From NCBI RefSeq assembly GCF_003334315.1, contig NZ_QOWR01000023.1: 64,000 nucleotides of DNA. One strand, written 5' to 3'. Below, in pieces: positions 25,853 through 38,476 of the stretch (positions are counted from its first letter, which is position 1; every line of letters begins with the position of its first letter). Source of the DNA: Escherichia coli. GTDB lineage: Bacteria > Pseudomonadota > Gammaproteobacteria > Enterobacterales > Enterobacteriaceae. The notes below the pieces were generated by a model. That model was not told where the DNA came from. It saw nothing but the letters and a program-made list of their open reading frames with translations, and ran no database searches. The position numbers and the translations under genes were made by a program.

Positions 25853-26527
25853 GTGAAGGTGAAAAACAATGCACAGCTGTTGATGCCGCGCGAAAAAATG
25901 CTGAAGTTTGGTATTAGCGCCTTAACGGATGTCGAGCTGCTGGCGCTATTTCTGCGTACCGGAACGCGCGGTAAAGATGTATTAACCCTGGCAAAAGAGA
26001 TGCTGGAGAATTTCGGCTCTCTTTATGGCTTGTTAACCTCTGAATATGAACAATTTAGTGGTGTTCATGGAATTGGCGTAGCGAAATTTGCCCAGTTAAA
26101 GGGGATTGCTGAACTGGCGCGACGTTACTACAACGTGCGGATGCGTGAAGAAAGCCCTTTACTCAGCCCGGAGATGACGCGGGAATTTTTACAAAGCCAG
26201 CTCACGGGTGAGGAGCGGGAGATCTTTATGGTGATCTTTCTCGACTCCCAACACCGGGTTATAACGCATAGCCGTCTTTTTTCCGGCACGCTAAACCATG
26301 TTGAAGTCCATCCTCGGGAAATTATCCGCGAAGCGATAAAAATAAACGCCTCGGCGCTGATCCTTGCACATAATCATCCTTCGGGTTGTGCTGAACCCAG
26401 TAAAGCGGATAAACTCATTACTGAACGGATAATAAAGAGTTGTCAGTTCATGGATTTACGCGTGCTCGACCATATCGTGATTGGGCGTGGAGAGTATGTT
26501 TCTTTTGCCGAACGCGGCTGGATTTAA
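25853..26527 (+). CDS. radC: RadC-like JAB-domain protein (YicR)
   Basis: ORF track 224 aa; JAMM-like motif HNHPSG; conserved position before rpmBG. Confidence 0.9.
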
Positions 26528-26722
26528 CCCGCTATGCGCGATCCTTCGGGATCTTTGTCTGTTCGGGACTTGAGCACATCGCTGAGTCAGCGTATACTAC
26601 GCCACCTTTGAGAATCTCGGGTTTGGCATTTGGGCCTGGCAATCGAGAGTTCACATAGAACTGCGATGACCGGGCTGTAAAGCCTGACGAGGCGCCAATA
26701 CCCCATACGAAGCTCGAGCTAA

Positions 26723-26980
<258 letters not shown>

Positions 26981-26997
26981 GTACTTAGAGGAAATAA

Positions 26998-27168
<171 letters not shown>

Positions 27169-27188
27169 TTCTCGCTTTGATGTAACGA

Positions 27189-27216
27189 AAAACCTCGCTC
27201 CGGCGGGGTTTTTTGT
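27189..27216 (+). terminator. rho-independent terminator after rpmBG
   Basis: Hairpin CCTCGC-TCCG-GCGGGG followed by TTTTTTGTT. Confidence 0.7.
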
Positions 27217-27265
27217 TATCTGCTTACCCCCATATTGATTGCATCTGTTCATTCCTGGAGATGCT

Positions 27266-28075
27266 ATGCCTGAATTACCCGAAGTTGAAACCAGCCGCCG
27301 CGGCATAGAACCGCATCTCGTTGGTGCAACCATTCTTCATGCAGTGGTGCGCAACGGACGCTTGCGCTGGCCGGTTTCAGAAGAGATCTACCGTTTAAGC
27401 GACCAACCAGTGCTTAGCGTGCAGCGGCGGGCTAAATATCTGCTGCTGGAGCTGCCTGAGGGCTGGATTATCATTCATTTAGGGATGTCTGGCAGCCTGC
27501 GCATCCTTCCAGAAGAACTTCCCCCTGAAAAGCATGACCATGTGGATTTGGTGATGAGCAACGGCAAAGTGCTGCGCTACACCGATCCGCGCCGCTTTGG
27601 TGCCTGGCTGTGGACCAAAGAGCTGGAAGGGCATAATGTGCTGACCCATCTTGGACCGGAGCCGCTTAGCGACGATTTCAATGGTGAGTATCTGCATCAG
27701 AAGTGCGCGAAGAAAAAAACGGCGATTAAACCGTGGCTGATGGATAACAAGCTGGTGGTAGGGGTAGGGAATATCTATGCCAGCGAATCACTGTTTGCGG
27801 CGGGGATCCATCCGGATCGGCTGGCGTCATCACTGTCGCTGGCAGAGTGTGAATTGTTAGCTCGGGTGATTAAAGCGGTGTTGCTGCGTTCGATTGAGCA
27901 GGGTGGTACAACGCTGAAAGATTTTCTGCAAAGTGATGGTAAACCGGGCTATTTCGCTCAGGAATTGCAGGTTTACGGGCGAAAAGGTGAGCCGTGTCGG
28001 GTGTGCGGTACGCCGATTGTGGCGACTAAACATGCGCAGCGGGCAACGTTTTATTGTCGGCAGTGCCAGAAGTAA
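27266..28075 (+). CDS. mutM: formamidopyrimidine-DNA glycosylase (Fpg/MutM)
   Basis: ORF track; [21 protein letters not shown]-terminus; C-terminal zinc finger [26 protein letters not shown]. Confidence 0.96.
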
Positions 28076-28113
28076 TTCATGCGCGCCGGATGGCATACCA
28101 TCCGGCATAAACG

Positions 28114-29878
<1,765 letters not shown>

Positions 29879-30204
29879 AGTAAATAGCTGACTTATGGAT
29901 GTGCTGGGGATTCTATGTATTTAGCTGTGGCTTTACCATTACTTTTCCCGTTTTTGACTTAAATAGCAATTTACCCGCCAATTCTTGCTGAACATCTATA
30001 CTTTTTTTGTATTTTTATGCGATTCATTGATTTCTGCTGTACGTGCAGGAAGGAATCGCAGAGCAACAGTGAAAGAATATGGTTGCTAATGATTTTATTT
30101 GATTGATTTCTTTATTGAAAATCAACAATGTGCTTAAAAATCATTCGGGTCGGATTGCCGCGAAAGAAGTGATACACTAGCGCGTCAATATCAGTGCGGT
30201 ATCA

Positions 30205-30245
30205 GTATTCAGGTAGCTGTTGAGCCTGGGGCGGTAGCGTGCTTT
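30205..30245 (+). promoter_or_regulatory. JUMPstart element with ops site (GGCGGTAGCGTG at about 30229-30240) in the waaQ operon leader; RfaH-dependent antitermination
   Basis: Exact ops consensus GGCGGTAGCGTG about 50 bp upstream of waaQ. Confidence 0.8.
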
Positions 30246-30290
30246 TTCTGCTTCACCTTAATCGGATAATCTCAACAAAAAGAGTTACTT

Positions 30291-31349
30291 GTGGATAAGC
30301 CATTTCGAAGAATTTTGCTCATTAAGATGCGTTTTCATGGGGATATGTTATTAACTACTCCCGTCATTAGTTCGCTGAAAAAAAATTACCCTGACGCAAA
30401 AATCGATGTGCTGCTTTATCAGGACACCATCCCGATCCTGTCTGAAAATCCAGAGATTAACGCGCTCTACGGCATAAAAAATAAAAAAGCAAAAGCCTCA
30501 GAAAAAATTGCCAACTTTTTTCATCTCATCAAGGTATTACGTGCCAATAAGTATGACCTTATCGTCAATCTCACCGATCAATGGATGGTTGCTATACTGG
30601 TTCGCTTATTAAATGCCCGTGTGAAAATTTCCCAGGATTATCATCATCGGCAGTCTGCTTTTTGGCGTAAAAGTTTCACCCATTTGGTGCCGTTGCAGGG
30701 TGGAAATGTGGTGGAAAGTAACTTATCCGTGCTGACCCCATTGGGAGTTGATTCGTTGGTGAAGCAGACAACCATGAGTTACCCGCCTGCAAGCTGGAAA
30801 CGTATGCGTCGCGAACTTGATCACGCTGGTGTTGGACAAAATTATGTGGTTATCCAACCTACGGCGCGGCAAATCTTCAAATGCTGGGACAACGCCAAGT
30901 TTTCCGCTGTGATTGATGCCTTACATGCTCGTGGTTATGAAGTTGTTCTGACGTCCGGCCCAGATAAAGACGATCTGGCCTGCGTCAATGAAATTGCGCA
31001 GGGATGCCAGACGCCACCAGTAACGGCGCTGGCTGGAAAGGTGACCTTCCCGGAACTTGGTGCGTTAATCGATCATGCGCAGCTGTTTATTGGCGTTGAT
31101 TCCGCACCGGCGCATATTGCCGCTGCAGTTAATACGCCGCTGATATCGCTGTTTGGTGCGACAGACCATATTTTCTGGCGTCCCTGGTCAAATAACATGA
31201 TTCAATTCTGGGCGGGAGATTACCGGGAAATGCCAACGCGCGATCAGCGTGACCGAAATGAGATGTATCTTTCGGTTATTCCGGCGGCAGATGTCATTGC
31301 TGCTGTCGATAAATTACTGCCCTCCTCCACGACAGGTACGTCGTTATGA
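30291..31349 (+). CDS. waaQ: LPS heptosyltransferase III WaaQ (GT9); the true start is probably the ATG at 30327 (MRFHGDMLL)
   Basis: ORF track; GT9 heptosyltransferase; first gene after the JUMPstart; stop overlaps the waaG start (ATGA). Confidence 0.9.
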   Translation: MDKPFRRILLIKMRFHGDMLLTTPVISSLKKNYPDAKIDVLLYQDTIPILSENPEINALYGIKNKKAKASEKIANFFHLIKVLRANKYDLIVNLTDQWMVAILVRLLNARVKISQDYHHRQSAFWRKSFTHLVPLQGGNVVESNLSVLTPLGVDSLVKQTTMSYPPASWKRMRRELDHAGVGQNYVVIQPTARQIFKCWDNAKFSAVIDALHARGYEVVLTSGPDKDDLACVNEIAQGCQTPPVTALAGKVTFPELGALIDHAQLFIGVDSAPAHIAAAVNTPLISLFGATDHIFWRPWSNNMIQFWAGDYREMPTRDQRDRNEMYLSVIPAADVIAAVDKLLPSSTTGTSL

Positions 31350-32470
31350 TCGTTGCTTTTTGTTTATATAAATATTTTCCCTTTGGCGGTTTGCAGCGTG
31401 ATTTTATGCGTATTGCTCAGACAGTCGCCGCCCGAGGTCATCATGTTCGGGTTTATACCCAGTCGTGGGAAGGCGAATGCCCTGATGTATTTGAACTGAT
31501 CAAAGTGCCGGTTAAATCGCATACCAATCACGGGCGCAATGCGGAGTATTTTGCCTGGGTGCAAAAACATTTACGCGAACATCCCGTCGATAAAGTCGTT
31601 GGATTCAACAAAATGCCGGGGCTGGACGTTTATTATGCCGCTGATGTTTGTTATGCCGAGAAAGTAGCGCAGGAAAAAGGCTTTTTCTATCGCCTGACGT
31701 CACGTTATCGCCATTATGCCGCCTTTGAGCGGGCAACCTTCGAACAGGGCAAGCCGACACAGCTGCTGATGCTGACAGATAAGCAAATCGCCGATTTCCA
31801 GAAACATTATCAGACTGAAGCGGAGCGTTTTCATATTCTGCCACCGGGGATTTATCCTGATCGTAAATATAGCCAGCAGCCAGCCAATAGCCGTGAAATC
31901 TTCCGTAAGAAGAATGGAATAACCGAACAACAATATTTATTGTTGCAGGTCGGTTCAGACTTCACGCGTAAAGGTGTCGATCGTTCCATTGAAGCACTTG
32001 CTTCGTTACCGGATTCGCTGCGCCACAACACATTGCTATATGTTGTTGGGCAGGATAAACCGCGAAAATTTGAGGCACTGGCAGAAAAACGCGGCGTGCG
32101 CAGTAATGTTCACTTCTTCTCGGGGCGCAACGATGTCTCGGAATTAATGGCGGCGGCGGATTTATTACTGCATCCTGCCTACCAGGAAGCGGCGGGAATT
32201 GTGCTGCTGGAAGCGATTACTGCAGGATTACCGGTACTAACAACTGCCGTTTGTGGCTATGCGCATTATATTGTCGACGCTAATTGCGGCGAGGCTATTG
32301 CTGAGCCATTCCGCCAGGAAACATTGAATGAGATTTTACGCAAAGCGTTAACGCAATCTTCATTGCGCCAGGCTTGGGCGGAAAATGCGCGACATTATGC
32401 TGATACACAAGATTTACACAGTCTGCCAGAGAAAGCGGCGGATATCATAACGGGTGGTCTGGATGGTTGA
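31346..32470 (+). CDS. waaG: LPS core glucosyltransferase I WaaG (GT4)
   Basis: ORF track 374 aa, same length as K-12 WaaG. Confidence 0.93.
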   Translation: MIVAFCLYKYFPFGGLQRDFMRIAQTVAARGHHVRVYTQSWEGECPDVFELIKVPVKSHTNHGRNAEYFAWVQKHLREHPVDKVVGFNKMPGLDVYYAADVCYAEKVAQEKGFFYRLTSRYRHYAAFERATFEQGKPTQLLMLTDKQIADFQKHYQTEAERFHILPPGIYPDRKYSQQPANSREIFRKKNGITEQQYLLLQVGSDFTRKGVDRSIEALASLPDSLRHNTLLYVVGQDKPRKFEALAEKRGVRSNVHFFSGRNDVSELMAAADLLLHPAYQEAAGIVLLEAITAGLPVLTTAVCGYAHYIVDANCGEAIAEPFRQETLNEILRKALTQSSLRQAWAENARHYADTQDLHSLPEKAADIITGGLDG

Positions 32471-33260
32471 ACTTAAAGAGCCGTTTGCCACGTTATGGCG
32501 CGGCAAAGATCCTTTTGAGGAAGTTAAAACCTTGCAGGGTGAGGTATTTCGTGAACTGGAAACTCGCCGTACTCTGCGCTTTGAAATGGCGGGCAAAAGC
32601 TATTTTCTCAAATGGCATCGCGGCACGACCCTGAAAGAGGTAATCAAAAATTTACTCTCATTGCGGATGCCAGTATTAGGCGCTGACCGCGAATGGAATG
32701 CGATTCATCGACTGCGGGATGTCGGCGTTGATACTATGTATGGGGTGGCATTCGGCGAAAAAGGCATGAATCCGCTGACCAGAACCTCGTTTATTATTAC
32801 CGAAGATCTGACACCAACCATAAGTCTGGAAGATTACTGTGCTGACTGGGCGACCAACCCACCAGATGTTCGCGTAAAGCGTATGCTTATTAAGCGTGTC
32901 GCGACGATGGTGCGCGATATGCATGCTGCGGGCATTAATCACCGTGACTGTTATATCTGTCATTTCCTGCTGCACTTGCCTTTTTCCGGTAAGGAAGAGG
33001 AGTTAAAAATTTCGGTAATTGACCTGCACCGGGCGCAGCTTCGCACGCGCGTTCCACGTCGTTGGCGCGATAAAGATCTTATTGGACTTTATTTTTCTTC
33101 GATGAATATTGGCCTGACTCAGCGGGATATCTGGCGGTTTATGAAGGTGTATTTTGCCGCTCCGCTTAAAGACATTCTCAAGCAGGAACAAGGACTGCTG
33201 TTGCAAGCAGAAGCAAAAGCCACAAAAATCAGGGAAAGAACGATTCGAAAATCGTTGTAA
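32463..33260 (+). CDS. waaP: LPS core heptose(I) kinase WaaP
   Basis: ORF track; [21 protein letters not shown]; kinase motif [10 protein letters not shown]. Confidence 0.93.
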   Translation: MVELKEPFATLWRGKDPFEEVKTLQGEVFRELETRRTLRFEMAGKSYFLKWHRGTTLKEVIKNLLSLRMPVLGADREWNAIHRLRDVGVDTMYGVAFGEKGMNPLTRTSFIITEDLTPTISLEDYCADWATNPPDVRVKRMLIKRVATMVRDMHAAGINHRDCYICHFLLHLPFSGKEEELKISVIDLHRAQLRTRVPRRWRDKDLIGLYFSSMNIGLTQRDIWRFMKVYFAAPLKDILKQEQGLLLQAEAKATKIRERTIRKSL

Positions 33261-33302
33261 CCCGTAACTTATTTTTGCCAAAATTTTGGATACAGAATAA
33301 AT

Positions 33303-34310
33303 ATGTCTCAACTCAATGATAGTGACATCATCCTTTTTGAGTATAATTTTCATTATCAAAATATAAGATCTAAAAATACTCTTGATATAGCATTTGGTAT
33401 TGACAGAAATTTTCTTTTTGGATGTGGTGTAGCCATCGCATCTATTCTATTAAACAATAGAGAAATCTCTTGTGAATTTCATGTTTTCACAGATTATATC
33501 AGTGATAAAGACAAATTATATTTTTCTGATTTAGCAAAACAATATAATTCAAGAATTAATATTTATGTTATCAATTGTGATAAGCTGAAGTCATTACCAA
33601 GCACGAAAAACTGGACTTACGCAACATATTTTCGATTTATAATTGCAGATTATTTCTATCATAAACATGAAAAAATACTATATCTTGATGCAGATATTGC
33701 TTGCAAGGGTAGTATTAAAGAACTCTTAGATTATCAATTTTCTACTAATGAAATTGCCGCAGTTGTAGCTGAAAGAGATGTTGAATGGTGGCAAAATCGA
33801 GCCTCGGTATTAACTACACCACAGTTAGCTTCTGGATATTTCAATGCTGGTTTTTTACTGATAAATATTGATGAGTGGAATCTAAATAACATTTCGTCAA
33901 AAGCTATTGAAATGTTGCGTGACCCAGATTGGGTAAGTAAAATCACCCACCTTGATCAAGATGTACTGAATGTATTATTGAATGGTAAAGTGAAGTTTAT
34001 TTCGGAGAAATATAATACCCGATATAGTATTAACTATGAATTAAAAGACAAAGTTGATAATCCAGTCAATGATGACACCGTGTTTATACACTATGTGGGA
34101 CCTACAAAACCCTGGCATGAGTGGGCTGACTATCCGGTGTCACGTAGTTTTTTGATCGCCAAAGCAGCTTCTCCGTGGAGTAAAGAAGATTTACTTAAAC
34201 CTGTAAATAGCAATCAGTATCGGTATTGTGCAAAACATAAATTTAAACAAAAGCATTATATGGCAGGCATTTTTAATTATTTAAAGTATTATAAAGAAAA
34301 ATGCTTCTAA
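33303..34310 (+). CDS. waaI: outer-core GT8 glycosyltransferase, R3-type WaaI (UDP-galactose:(glucosyl)LPS alpha-1,3-galactosyltransferase)
   Basis: ORF track 335 aa; GT8 DxD motif LYLDADIA; AT-rich; position after waaP as in the R3 locus. Confidence 0.75.
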   Translation: MSQLNDSDIILFEYNFHYQNIRSKNTLDIAFGIDRNFLFGCGVAIASILLNNREISCEFHVFTDYISDKDKLYFSDLAKQYNSRINIYVINCDKLKSLPSTKNWTYATYFRFIIADYFYHKHEKILYLDADIACKGSIKELLDYQFSTNEIAAVVAERDVEWWQNRASVLTTPQLASGYFNAGFLLINIDEWNLNNISSKAIEMLRDPDWVSKITHLDQDVLNVLLNGKVKFISEKYNTRYSINYELKDKVDNPVNDDTVFIHYVGPTKPWHEWADYPVSRSFLIAKAASPWSKEDLLKPVNSNQYRYCAKHKFKQKHYMAGIFNYLKYYKEKCF

Positions 34311-34335
34311 AGATTTAAGGTTAAAATAATTCATT

Positions 34336-35043
34336 ATGATATATAATAAAACGATAAATGGGTTGAAAGTTTTCATAAAAGATAATGATCCCTTTTATGA
34401 GCAAGTTCTAAATGACTTTTTAACTTGCAGGGTTAAAACATTAAAAGTTTTTCGTTCTATTGATGATACTAAAGTCATTCTTATTGACACTGCTCGTGGA
34501 CCTCTTGTACTTAAAGTTTATGCGCCAAAGCATAAAATGACCGAACGTTTCTTAAAATCTTGCATAAAAAAAGATTATTATGAAAATTTAATTTATCAAA
34601 CCGATCGGGTACGTGGTGAAGGCATCCAATCAATTAATGACTATTTTTTGCTAGCTGAACGTAAAACATTAAATTTCGCTCATTATTATATTATGCTCAT
34701 TGAGTATATTGAAGGTGTCGGGTTAAATGAGTATTTGGAAATTTCTGAAGATCTGAAGGATCAATTATCAGAATCGATAAAAGAGTTGCATCAGCATGGA
34801 ATGGTGTCTGGCGATCCTCATAAAGGAAATTTTATAGTATCCGAAAAAGGTTTAAGACTAATTGACCTTTCAGGTAAAAAAACAACCGCTGTTTTAAAAG
34901 CAAAAGATCGCATTGATCTTGAACGGCACTATAATATAAAAAATGAATTGAAAGACTTTGGCTATACATATCTTATATTCAAAAAGAAAATTAAAAAAGT
35001 AATCAGGGATGTAAAAGTCAAACTAGGATTGAAGAGCAAATAA
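34336..35043 (+). CDS. waaY: LPS core heptose(II) kinase WaaY
   Basis: ORF track 235 aa; Kdo/WaaP-family kinase fold (GDPHKGNF); AT-rich. Confidence 0.8.
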   Translation: MIYNKTINGLKVFIKDNDPFYEQVLNDFLTCRVKTLKVFRSIDDTKVILIDTARGPLVLKVYAPKHKMTERFLKSCIKKDYYENLIYQTDRVRGEGIQSINDYFLLAERKTLNFAHYYIMLIEYIEGVGLNEYLEISEDLKDQLSESIKELHQHGMVSGDPHKGNFIVSEKGLRLIDLSGKKTTAVLKAKDRIDLERHYNIKNELKDFGYTYLIFKKKIKKVIRDVKVKLGLKSK

Positions 35044-35067
35044 TGATTATGATGAAGGGTAATTAAA

Positions 35068-36081
35068 TTGGATTTTAAACATCTTACTCAATTTAAAGAT
35101 ATAATTGAACTGGACAAGCGCCCCGTTAAACTTGATGAACGGGAAACGTTTAATGTCTCATGGGGTATTGATGAGAACTACCAGGTTGGGGCTGCGATTT
35201 CAATTGCTTCAATTCTTGAAAATAATAAACAAAACAAATTTACCTTTCACATAATCGCTGATTACTTAGACAAAGAGTATATTGAATTATTATCACAATT
35301 AGCAACGAAGTATCAAACAGTAATTAAATTATATCATATTGATTCTGAGCCATTGAAGGCGCTACCTCAATCAAATATCTGGCCAGTATCTATTTATTAT
35401 CGTTTGCTTTCATTTGATTATTTTTCTGCGCGATTGGATTCATTATTATATCTTGATGCTGATATCGTCTGTAAGGGTTCATTGAACGAGTTAATAGCAT
35501 TAGAGTTTAAAGATGAATATGGGGCAGTGGTAATTGATGTAGATGCTATGCAAAGTAAAAGCGCTGAGCGTTTGTGTAATGAGGATTTTAACGGTAGCTA
35601 TTTTAACTCTGGTGTAATGTATATTAATTTACGGGAATGGTTAAAACAAAGACTAACGGAAAAATTCTTTGATCTATTATCAGATGAGTCAATTATAAAA
35701 AAATTAAAGTACCCGGATCAAGATATTTTAAACTTAATGTTTCTACATCATGCTAAAATATTACCGAGAAAATATAATTGTATTTATACTATAAAGTCAG
35801 AATTTGAAGAAAAAAATAGTGAATATTACACCCGGTTTATTAATGATGACACTGTCTTCATACATTATACTGGTATAACTAAGCCATGGCATGATTGGGC
35901 GAACTACGCCTCTGCAGATTATTTTCGTAATATTTATAATATATCACCATGGAGAAATATACCTTATAAAAAAGCTGTTAAAAAACATGAGTACAAAGAA
36001 AAATATAAACACTTGCTTTACCAGAAAAAATTTCTCGATGGTGTTTTTACAGCAATTAAATATAATGTTATGAAAGGTTAA
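35068..36081 (+). CDS. waaJ: outer-core GT8 glycosyltransferase, R3-type WaaJ (alpha-1,2-glucosyltransferase); TTG start
   Basis: ORF track 337 aa; GT8 motif LLYLDADIVCKG; paralogous to the preceding GT8 gene. Confidence 0.72.
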   Translation: MDFKHLTQFKDIIELDKRPVKLDERETFNVSWGIDENYQVGAAISIASILENNKQNKFTFHIIADYLDKEYIELLSQLATKYQTVIKLYHIDSEPLKALPQSNIWPVSIYYRLLSFDYFSARLDSLLYLDADIVCKGSLNELIALEFKDEYGAVVIDVDAMQSKSAERLCNEDFNGSYFNSGVMYINLREWLKQRLTEKFFDLLSDESIIKKLKYPDQDILNLMFLHHAKILPRKYNCIYTIKSEFEEKNSEYYTRFINDDTVFIHYTGITKPWHDWANYASADYFRNIYNISPWRNIPYKKAVKKHEYKEKYKHLLYQKKFLDGVFTAIKYNVMKG

Positions 36082-36089
36082 TATACGAG

Positions 36090-37232
36090 ATGGTTGATAA
36101 AATAATATTTACGGTTACTCCTATTTTTTCAATTCCTCCTCGCGGAGCGGCTGCTGTTGAAACGTGGATGTATCAGGTTGCTCAGCGTACCAATTTTCCA
36201 AATCGTATTGTTTGTATCAAAAATCCAGGATACTCAAATTACACCTTTGTTAATGATAATTGTAGTATTCATAGGGTTGGATTCAGTCGCATATATAAGC
36301 GGTTATTTCAAAAATGGACAAGACTTGATCCTCTTCCATATTCACAGAGAATATTGAATATTGCACATGATTTTCCTATAACGAAAGAAAGTGTTATTGT
36401 AGTTCATAATAGCATGAAGCTATACACTCAAATTCGTAAGCGAGCTCCTCAGGCAAGAGTGGTTATACATATGCATAATGCATTTGAACCAAAATTGCTT
36501 GAGCAAAATGTTAAAATGATAGTGCCTAGTTTATACTTGAAAAAGTATTACCAATCTTATTTAGCAAATGCAGATATTGAGATTGTACCAAATGGAATTG
36601 ATTTAGAAACCTATCAATCTAATTTTCAGCCGATCACTAGAAGCGAACTTAATATCTCCCCTGAAGAGAAAATTATTTTTTATGCTGGGCGTATCGTCCC
36701 TGACAAAGGCATATTGCTGTTGATGCAATCATTCGAAAAATTGGCCGCTGCTCACAAAAATTTAAAATTAGTTGTGATTGGTGATTATACAGAAATGAGT
36801 AAAAGTGACAAAGGTACATATCAACGCAATGTCAGGGAAATTGCAAAACGTTTGAAGGATCGTTGCATTATGTTAGGAAGCATACCGCCTGAAAAGATGC
36901 ATTGTTATTACCCACTGGCAGATTTAGTCGTCATTCCTTCCCAGTTCCAGGAACCATTTTGCATGGTGGCAATTGAAGCTATGGGTGCTGGTAAGCCTGT
37001 TTTAGTGAGTACGCGTGGGGGGATGACGGAATTTGTCAAAGAAAATACAACGGGATTCCATTTAAAAGAACCTATGACTGCAGACTCCATAAGCAGCGAT
37101 ATTTTAAAAACGTTAGCGAATCCTGAATTAACAGCAGTTGCAAAGCAAGGTCAGGACTTTGTGTTTGATCACTACAGTTGGGATGGCGTAACTCAAAGAT
37201 TCGAAGAGGTTATTCATAATTGGTTTGAATAA
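36090..37232 (+). CDS. waaD: GT4 glycosyltransferase, R3-type WaaD (terminal outer-core hexosyltransferase)
   Basis: ORF track 380 aa; GT4 EX7E motif EPFCMVAIEAMGAGKP; last gene of the waaQ operon, convergent with waaL. Confidence 0.7.
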   Translation: MVDKIIFTVTPIFSIPPRGAAAVETWMYQVAQRTNFPNRIVCIKNPGYSNYTFVNDNCSIHRVGFSRIYKRLFQKWTRLDPLPYSQRILNIAHDFPITKESVIVVHNSMKLYTQIRKRAPQARVVIHMHNAFEPKLLEQNVKMIVPSLYLKKYYQSYLANADIEIVPNGIDLETYQSNFQPITRSELNISPEEKIIFYAGRIVPDKGILLLMQSFEKLAAAHKNLKLVVIGDYTEMSKSDKGTYQRNVREIAKRLKDRCIMLGSIPPEKMHCYYPLADLVVIPSQFQEPFCMVAIEAMGAGKPVLVSTRGGMTEFVKENTTGFHLKEPMTADSISSDILKTLANPELTAVAKQGQDFVFDHYSWDGVTQRFEEVIHNWFE

Positions 37233-37234
37233 AT

Positions 37235-37264
37235 AAAAAGGCCGCATTATGCAGCCTTTTTTAT
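37235..37264. terminator. bidirectional rho-independent terminator between convergent waaD and waaL
   Basis: AAAAAGGCCGCATTATGCAGCCTTTTTT: imperfect hairpin flanked by A-run and T-run. Confidence 0.6.
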
Positions 37265-37267
37265 TTT

Positions 37268-38476
37268 TTACTTGTTTTTCATCGCTAATAATAAGCCGGC
37301 GTAAACGCCTAATAAATTTGGTTCAATTTGTTCTACGTTTCCACGGATAACAAAATAACCTATAAAAGATAGTAAGATTATATAATATGCATTATATGGT
37401 GAGCGATATTTATTCTTGACGCCATTTTTTATACACTCTTTCAATATTGCACAGTATAGCATCATAAGACTTACCAGCCCTAATAAACCAGTGCCAAACC
37501 AGATGAATAGCGCAAAATTATGTGGCCCTATTGATTGTCTAAAGGTCCATTCTGGATAATCAATGACACGTTTATTATAGACATCTTTATATGCAACGTT
37601 ACCGTAACCATAACCAATAACAGGATTTTCTAATATTAGATCGAGTGCGCTGCCTTGAGTACCATTTGCATAGCGATAAGAACTATTAGTTTGTTGAAGT
37701 TTATACGTTAGCTTTGCGGTCATCTCCTTATGTGTGAAAATAACCGACAATGCAATGATGGCAACCATTACTCCTACTAATAGTAACTTCCATTGTTTAA
37801 ACATCAGAATCCATATTAATCCAATGACTAACACGGAAAGCCAGGCCCCTCTGGATAAAGTTCCTAATATCAGAAAAATAAAAATAACGCTTAGAACCAC
37901 AAAAGAAATGCGGTATTTTGCTGATTTGATAAGCCAGAGATTTAACAATGCAGGGAATAAAAAGACCATCGAGTCAGAAATGCTACGGTGTCTATAATCT
38001 GCGAATGGCATTATCCCTTGTTGATAGTCCTTATAATAGGTAATCAATTCAGAAAAACAGCGTAAGCCCAACGCACTAATAAATGAGAAGAAAACGATTT
38101 TTTCGACATCTTCTCTTTTCTCGTCTCTCAATATGATCGGTATTGCTATTGTGCATAGTAAAGTATTCTCAATAATAGCTTTGAAAATTTCCTTCATGCT
38201 AGCACCTGCATCAGGGGATTGAAGAAGTGACAGCAATGCAGCAATAGTTAATATGGCAACACTACCAAAAAGAAATGTTTTAAATAGTGAGAGATAGTGT
38301 TTTGGCCGTTTGCAGAGATAGACGATTGTCGTTATTGTCATAAGAATAACAATAAGATGTTTATACCTTGTAATCCCACCCAAAAAATAGGTGGTAATGA
38401 ATAAGAATACGAGAGCTCTGTTCCAGTACGCTATCCAGTTTTTTTTCTCGAGAGAGAAAAATAATGTTGAGGTCAT
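37268..38476 (-). CDS. waaL: O-antigen ligase WaaL
   Basis: ORF track 402 aa; polytopic membrane protein, very AT-rich; convergent with the waaQ operon, upstream of waaC. Confidence 0.85.
   Translation of the reverse strand: MTSTLFFSLEKKNWIAYWNRALVFLFITTYFLGGITRYKHLIVILMTITTIVYLCKRPKHYLSLFKTFLFGSVAILTIAALLSLLQSPDAGASMKEIFKAIIENTLLCTIAIPIILRDEKREDVEKIVFFSFISALGLRCFSELITYYKDYQQGIMPFADYRHRSISDSMVFLFPALLNLWLIKSAKYRISFVVLSVIFIFLILGTLSRGAWLSVLVIGLIWILMFKQWKLLLVGVMVAIIALSVIFTHKEMTAKLTYKLQQTNSSYRYANGTQGSALDLILENPVIGYGYGNVAYKDVYNKRVIDYPEWTFRQSIGPHNFALFIWFGTGLLGLVSLMMLYCAILKECIKNGVKNKYRSPYNAYYIILLSFIGYFVIRGNVEQIEPNLLGVYAGLLLAMKNK

Noticed and set aside
30288-30330. Upstream-extended waaQ start (ORF track begins MDKPFRR at 30291)
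   Set aside because: My reading of the printed bases gives a different codon phase here than the track translation, and the conserved WaaQ N-terminus starts at the internal MRFHGDMLL (ATG about 30327); treated as start-site ambiguity, not biology.
33303-38476. AT-rich glycosyltransferase/kinase block as a possible novel polysaccharide or defence locus
   Set aside because: Gene content, order and context (between waaP and waaC, JUMPstart upstream, convergent waaL) are fully explained by the known R3 LPS outer-core cluster.
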